Positions 57,489 to 64,000 of a stretch of DNA of 64,000 nucleotides are shown here, piece by piece. The DNA lies in contig CM119264.1 in NCBI GenBank assembly GCA_051294375.1, positions 18,333,454-18,397,453 of the forward strand. Direction: 5' to 3'. A model generated the notes under the pieces. That model was not told the origin of the DNA and did no database searches. It was given only the letters and a program-made list of their open reading frames with translations. How positions within the stretch are numbered: position 1 is the first letter of the stretch; every line of letters starts with the position of its first letter. Source of the stretch: Paraspadella gotoi. Lineage: Eukaryota; Animalia; Chaetognatha. A program made the translations under genes and the position numbers.

Positions 57489-60400
57489 TCTCTCCTCTCA
57501 TTCTCTCTCTCTCCTTTAATTCTTTCTNNNNNNNNNNNNNNNNNNNNNNNNNCAGCTCAGAACGAGAGAGAACGAAGTAAACTTTTATGAGGTCTGCGGA
57601 TAAAAGAAATCCCTTAAAAATAGGGGGGAAAAAAAGAAAAGAAAAAGTCGTGACGTAAGAAACAGAGATTTTCGAGCCAAAGGAAATTCATGGAAAGCAG
57701 AACCGCGACGTCGAAGGACTAAAGGTTGGTGAACGACGTGAACCGGAAAAATCAGTGAAGGTGTGAGAGAAGATTATGAAAGAAAAAGAGACTCGTAAAA
57801 TGAGAAGGTGGAGGGGGGAAGATGAAGGGGTGAAATGAAGAAAGGATTAGAACTAAGAAGAAAAAGTCTCCCTCGCGCATTGAAGGAATCAGGTGGAGAG
57901 ANNNNNNNNNNNNNNNNNNNNNNNNNCCACTTTCTTCTTTCTTTTTTTTCTTTTTTTGCTCGTTTTCTTCGTTTGTTTTCTCTAACTCAATCAGATTTCA
58001 TGTCATATCCCTCGGTTCAATAATATATTCTTCTCACATCCATTGTAATTCATTCCTTTTATTTTTTTTTCCCAGTCTTTACTCATTTGTAAGTCCGTGC
58101 TAAAAGCTTCGCGTCCATTTCATCCTCAAGGAGAAGGTCGTTGTCATTCGCCATTGTTATTTTCGCGCATATCTACTATGGTTTTCGTTGCTGCTATCTT
58201 TTTAAATTAACTACTAATTACTTAATCTGCTTACATAATATATTTTTTATACTTTGAAATAAAAAGTCAAATTTCTTTGTGACTGCCCCCATCTTGAATC
58301 TATCCCATAGTTAAACGTGCTAGTCGGAATGCGTACCCATATTTTCAGACATCGTCGTCGTCATCGTCGTTCGTCATCGTCTCTCAGCTCATCTCAAGTT
58401 CCGTCGCCCACGAGCCCTATCGTCGTTGTCTCGCCCCGCTTGTTTTCCTAATCGCCGCGTAATTTATGGCGCGAGTTTCCGAGTTTTTCGCGTAGGCGCA
58501 ATAAACATCTCTTCCTGGTTTACGGTCGCCTCCCTGGTGACAGAACGAGATCTGACGGGGTAAGTTGAGTTTACGAGTTAATTCGTCTAAAGTGACGCAA
58601 AATGCTCGTTAGTTAAAGATGATCCCAAGTGGTGAGTCAAGGAAAGATTATGCTTGTTAAACGTTTGAGAAGAGATTGGTGAGCTGAGAGAAGTAAAGAG
58701 AAGACACTCGTTAATAGAGATCCCGAAATGGCGCACAGAACCGGGTATTCTCTTTTTTTTTCGCGCCAATCATTCCCTAAAACGAAGCCAACAATATCAG
58801 AAGGCGAAAGGACATTCCGTTAGACCCAAACCCGTAATTTCAGGACGCTGTGACAGCCTACGCGCAAACCCACCGAACTTGCACCAACGGATCGTTGCAT
58901 GGAATTTGATCCTTGCAACGATGTCCCGCGATTAAAATTAGCTAAATGTTACGGTAATTTCCAATTTCAAAATAAACTTTTTCTCTGTTTTTCGTATTAT
59001 CTGTCAGGGACACTGTATTATCCCAATCGGATGAACTCAGTCAAACAAAACCTCACTCCAACTTCGCCCCACGATTATGTGCGCGCAAACACTGGCGCCA
59101 AAACTTAAATAATGGCGCGCCAAAGGGGGGGGGCGGCTTGATAGTGGCGCGCCTGGAAACGTCTCCAACTGCGTTCTTCTTCTTTTTTTTCTTTCTTTCC
59201 TCCTTCATCTCATTTCATCTCCTCTTTTCCTGTCTCTCCGCGGCCCGTGCCCCCTTGCAGCCCGGTCCATTTTTTTATCTACCCAAAATATAACTACCGT
59301 AAATCAATCATTATGTTATCCAATCTCAATGTCTTCCTCCATTTAATCTCTTTCGTAGTCGGTCTCCCTTTTCTCTTCTTTTACGGCCTTAAAATTGCTC
59401 TCTTTGTCGCATCCATTTATTCTCTCTGCCAAGCTCGCCGCCCATTTTTCAACCCACCAACGAGCGACTCGCGCAACAACCAACCTTTCCTCTTACCTCC
59501 TCCTTTTTCTTCCCCGACGGCACTCTCGCCGGAATGCGCGTGAGGCCGCACTTTTCCGCGGGCAACGGAGCAACCGCGAGAGAGCTCAAACCGTTAGAAT
59601 CACGGCACGATTCTTTTCATTTACATTTTAACATTTCATAGACCATTTTGACGAAAAAGAATTGACCGATCACAGATGGGGTGAACGGAGTTAAGATTGG
59701 TTCGATTGAATGAAAATGAATGAATCAAAGGACCAAAAAAAATTGTTCATTTGATGACTTTTTACTGTTTATTCTGGTTCGTTATTTTAAAAAAAAAATC
59801 GGAGGCCCAATGAAACACTATTAATTATATAACAAGTAATTGACCAGGGTAGAAATTTACAAACAAAAAAATCTCGAAAGACGACAATGGATAAAATTTT
59901 GTGCGGCTGAAGGTAAAGAGACGTGAAGCAAGTCGGACTAGGGAGAGAAAGAGGGGAAACATCTTTGAGGATTAAGAGGGAGAGAGAGGAGGAGTCGAGG
60001 AGGAGGAAGGAGGAGGAGGAGGAATAGGGTTAGGCAGAAGAAGCCGATGACATCGTTTCCTAATTTAACTTCATTAAACATTGTGCGTATTAACTATCTT
60101 CACTCTTTAGCAACGCTTTTGGAATTGTTCCAATTTTCATATAGTAGGATTTGATCTTGTGACGACAGAATTTTCCCTTTTAGACTAACGACCGCTCGAC
60201 CAAGACATTACGACAATGACGACAACGACCAACGACAACGGACACACGACCATGACTTCTCGGGTCGCTATTCATCTCTACATTTGTTTTTACTATTTCG
60301 AGGATATTCATTGAACGAGGATGTTTTGGTTCAAAGGGATTGATGTTGAACCGTGAAACGTTGATTTAATCAACCGAGCAGATGGTGTTGGTGTATCTAT

Positions 60401-60729
60401 TTAATACAATTTAAAAAGTTTTTTGAATAAATCAGGAGTTTTTTGTAAAATTTTTGTGCCGGTAGGACGAACGGATCATTGACCGGGGCGACTTGGGTTC
60501 ATTTTTCGGATCTAAATTATCGTTTTTACTGAACGTGAATAATATTTGGTTTCGTTTGGCTCCATTCTATGAGAAGATTAGCAGACACGGTTGTTCACCA
60601 AAAGGACGAATTGCCGAGACGAACGAAACAACACCCGTTTTCTTTGTTCGTAGATGATCGGAGGGAACAGAACATCCTGCCGTTCGGAGAAGAAAGAATT
60701 AAAGGAGAGAGAGAGAATGAGAGGAGAGA

Positions 60730-60784
<55 letters not shown>

Positions 60785-62742
60785 ACGAGGGAGAGAGAAG
60801 CAATGAAGCTTCATAGTTTTCTTCTTTCTCTCTTCTCATTCTGCAGGTACGAATTCTGTTAATTTTTTCGTTCACATATCTCTGCGAATGATTCCCTTTG
60901 ATTGGTTCCTTTCCCTGCATCTCATCTAACGCGGATCTCTTCCCCACTCTATAAACTCGGTACACATCTCTACATCTTCTCTCTCTTATCGTCAAATAAT
61001 ACAATATGTTCTCCTCTCTTAATCTCTTCGCTCCTCATTTTTTCCAGACAGCGAGAGCACGCCACTCTGCCTCCGCAGGACCTAATTGCCAGGAGCAGAA
61101 AGAAATTGGCGCAAAGACAGAGCGAGTATTGTGATCGTAGACTCTAGTACGTCTCTCGATCGGTCGAGTCGATCTGACTCTCTCTCTCTAGCAGTGATCG
61201 CTCTCTTCCCGACACTCTCTTCCAGAGACGTGTATCGACTAGTGCGCAAAGATGCGCGAGAGGAGAGGGAGCGAGTGATTGTTCTTCTTAGTTCTACCGT
61301 TTTTGTATTCAATTATTTTTCAGTTTCACCCCTTTTCATCTTTCCCCGCTGCCTAGACGCTCTCCAAATGCCCTGTAGCTCGCGCAGATCTCTCTCTAAG
61401 AGACGAGGTCTCTTTTTCTTTCATAATTTCTTCCACACCTCCTTCCGCTCTTCTAAAATGAATAGACCCTGTCGATTAAGCTTTCCGCGGATGTCGACAC
61501 GAGAGATGACAAAACGATTATAGCATCAAGGACACAAAAAACTTATAAAAAATGTACCGTTTTTGCAGAATTCACTTAAAAAAACAGACCATAGTGGTAG
61601 AATTGGTTCTTGCTTTAGATTATCCAAAGTTGAAAATTTCTCTTCGTGTTTTGGCTCCGAAAAGCTCTCGGGTTATTCTTTTACGGTTCACGGACGGCTT
61701 TTCGTTAAAAGAAAACTTAAATTTTAAATTTTGCTTATTAATATATCTACAATTTTTATATATATATCTTCAAGATCAGAGATAATATATTATTATCACA
61801 AAGCAGAAAGACCTCAATATTTACTATCTCTTTACTGTGCGAACATGATCTATCTCTCGTTTCTCGTGGGATTAATTTAGTTTCGCGCAGTCGTATGAAA
61901 TTTCCCTTGATTATATTACCATCGGCTCTTGAAGAGGAACTATGAGAATTTTATGCCTTTTAATTTTTCTTTCCTTCTTTGTCTTGTCTAGATGGGTGTT
62001 GTGGTGATCGCGCTTCCGGGTCGGAGACGAAGGGTTTACTGTTATGAGTCTTCCGGATAATAAAGAATCCTTAAAAAAAAGAGGAAAAAAGGACAATAAA
62101 AAAAAAGAAAAAAAGGTCGTGACGTAAAGAGAGAAAGAAACACGAGATTTTCGCGAGGCCCAAGGAAAGGGTTCATGGAAGCGACCGCGAGTTTCGAAGG
62201 ATAAGGTGTGAACGACGTGAACCGGAAAAAAATCAAGTGAAGGTGTGGAGAGAAGATTATGATAAGAAAACGAGACTCGTATAATGGAAGGTGGTAGGGG
62301 GAGATGAAGGGGTGAAATTTGAAGAAAGGGATTAGAATGAACGTTTAAGAAAAGTCTCCCTCGCTCGCCTTGAAGGAATTTTCAGTTGGAGAGAGTGGGG
62401 AGAGAGAGAGAGAGAGAGACTGACGGAGACGGAGAAGAGAGAGCAGAGAGGAGGAGAGGGAAGGGGAATGAGCGCTTTGAAGGAATCGGGTGAGAGAGTG
62501 GGGAGAGACTGAGAGAGCGGAAGAGAGAGAGAAGGAAGAGAGAGAGAAGAGGAGGGGAGAGAGAGAGACGAGAGAGAGGATTGAAAGCGTTTAAGGAATT
62601 TCAGGTGGAGAGAGTGGCGAGAAGAGAGAGAGAGGAGAGAGGGAGAGAGAGGGGAGGAGAGAGAGGGGAGAGAGAGGAGGGAGAGAGGAGAGAGAGGAGG
62701 AAAGAATGAAAGGCCGTTTGAGGAATTCAGGTGGACGAGAGA

Positions 62743-62780
<38 letters not shown>

Positions 62781-62899
62781 AGGAAGAACGGAGAGCGAGA
62801 GAGGAGAGAGAGAGAAAGAAATGACAAGCGTTGAAGGCAATCAGGTGGCGAGAGTGGGGAGAAAGAGGAGCAGATGAGAGAGAGCAGAGAGAGAGAGAT

Positions 62900-62936
<37 letters not shown>

Positions 62937-64000
62937 TGAAAGAGTGAAAATAGATTTTGCACCAGGATAGAACGTGGCAACCGGGTGATTGAGGACGAGG
63001 AAAAATCTCGTTATTGCCTAAGAGAGAAGGAAGCGAAACAGGAAAGAAGAGGAACAAAGAAGGAGGGAGGGAAGGAAAAAAGAGGAGGATGAGGAAAAAT
63101 AAAAGACGGTAGAATGATTTCGTTTGCAAACGTTTGCACCTCGTGTTTTGTATTCCGAGCTGCTTCGTCCGATGCCAGATAATAAAGTTCAGGTGAGTAT
63201 TCGGGCTCAGAACCGGACGACCCGTCAAGCAAGGCATGACACCTCACGAGCGGCCCACGGTGAATACCCAAACGAGTTCCGAAGCACAAATACGCGGTCC
63301 TTCTTCAAGCAAACAATGTGGTCATGGAATAAGCTTTCTTACGACACAAACGTGTCTCGCCTAAAATGGTTTAAGGTTCACCGAATTCACTGCCATCAAA
63401 ACGCGAACTTGGGTCGTTGGAACGGATCTCCTCGTTGGACTTTTATAAATTGACTTTGCAGAGTTTTAATATCTTAACTATCAAATATTATCTTATATAT
63501 GAGTGAATAAGAAATCGTTAGTTCGATTAGATTTACTTAGATTAGATCAAATTGCTCCTTTGAAACTCCTGAAACAAAACAAAAAAACATTACTTTCGAA
63601 GAAATATTTCCTCGGAAACAAAAATTGTTCTGCTCCGCCCACGGAACAGAAACAGTTCCCCGTTCTGCTCGCGAAACGTCGAAGCAGGCAATCGAGTTCC
63701 TCCCCATCGATCTCCCTCCCTTCGTCATTTCTCGTCTGCGCTGAATTCCGAATCATATTTCCAGTAGACTCGAGAATATTCTTGACCTCCTCCTCCTTCT
63801 CCTCCTTCTCCGCATGAGTTTCATCGTTTCCCCTCCTCTTCCTCCTTCTCTCCTTCCTCTTTCACATTCGTCCTCCTCTCTTTCTCGTCAAACGGATCAT
63901 GATTTAGCCGATATAAAAAGAAAAATGAGAAGAGGAAAGAGAGAGAAAAAAAAAGAAGAACGCAGTTGGAGACGTTTCCAGGCGCGCCACTATCAAGCCG

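Larger units (their letters stand above)
53025..64000. other. Tangle of direct and inverted duplications, likely long-read gap-fill artefact
   Basis: 59200-60690 is a noisy direct copy of 53025-54372; 60691-63830 is the reverse complement of 54385-57527; 63920-64000 is the reverse complement of 59134-59225; 25-N gaps at 57528 and 57902. Confidence 0.85.

Overview
Eukaryotic, probably invertebrate animal, draft-assembly sequence: AT-rich, no obvious CpG depletion, many (GA/CT)n microsatellites, N-gaps. I could not identify the organism. The one well-supported gene is on the minus strand (about 10.9-24.3 kb). I reconstructed it by hand from at least 16 GT-AG exons whose phases chain without a break. 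It encodes a 5'-incomplete, low-complexity Ser/Pro/Ala/Arg-rich protein of more than 1,330 aa with no domain I recognise, and it has two possible 3' ends. The rest is non-coding: MITE/foldback elements (one with a perfect 10-bp TSD), tRNA-derived relics, a Penelope-like inverted repeat holding a degenerate hammerhead-ribozyme motif, hairpins, minisatellites and motif-clustered GC-rich islands. From about 26.5 kb on, much of the dramatic structure (tandem and inverted multi-kb duplications, a 2.7-kb G-free C/A tract) sits beside exactly-25-N gaps and looks like long-read gap-filling artefact. Almost all ORF-track entries are spurious. I found no convincing novel biological system; the best leads are the orphan disordered protein with alternative C-termini and the ribozyme-like element.
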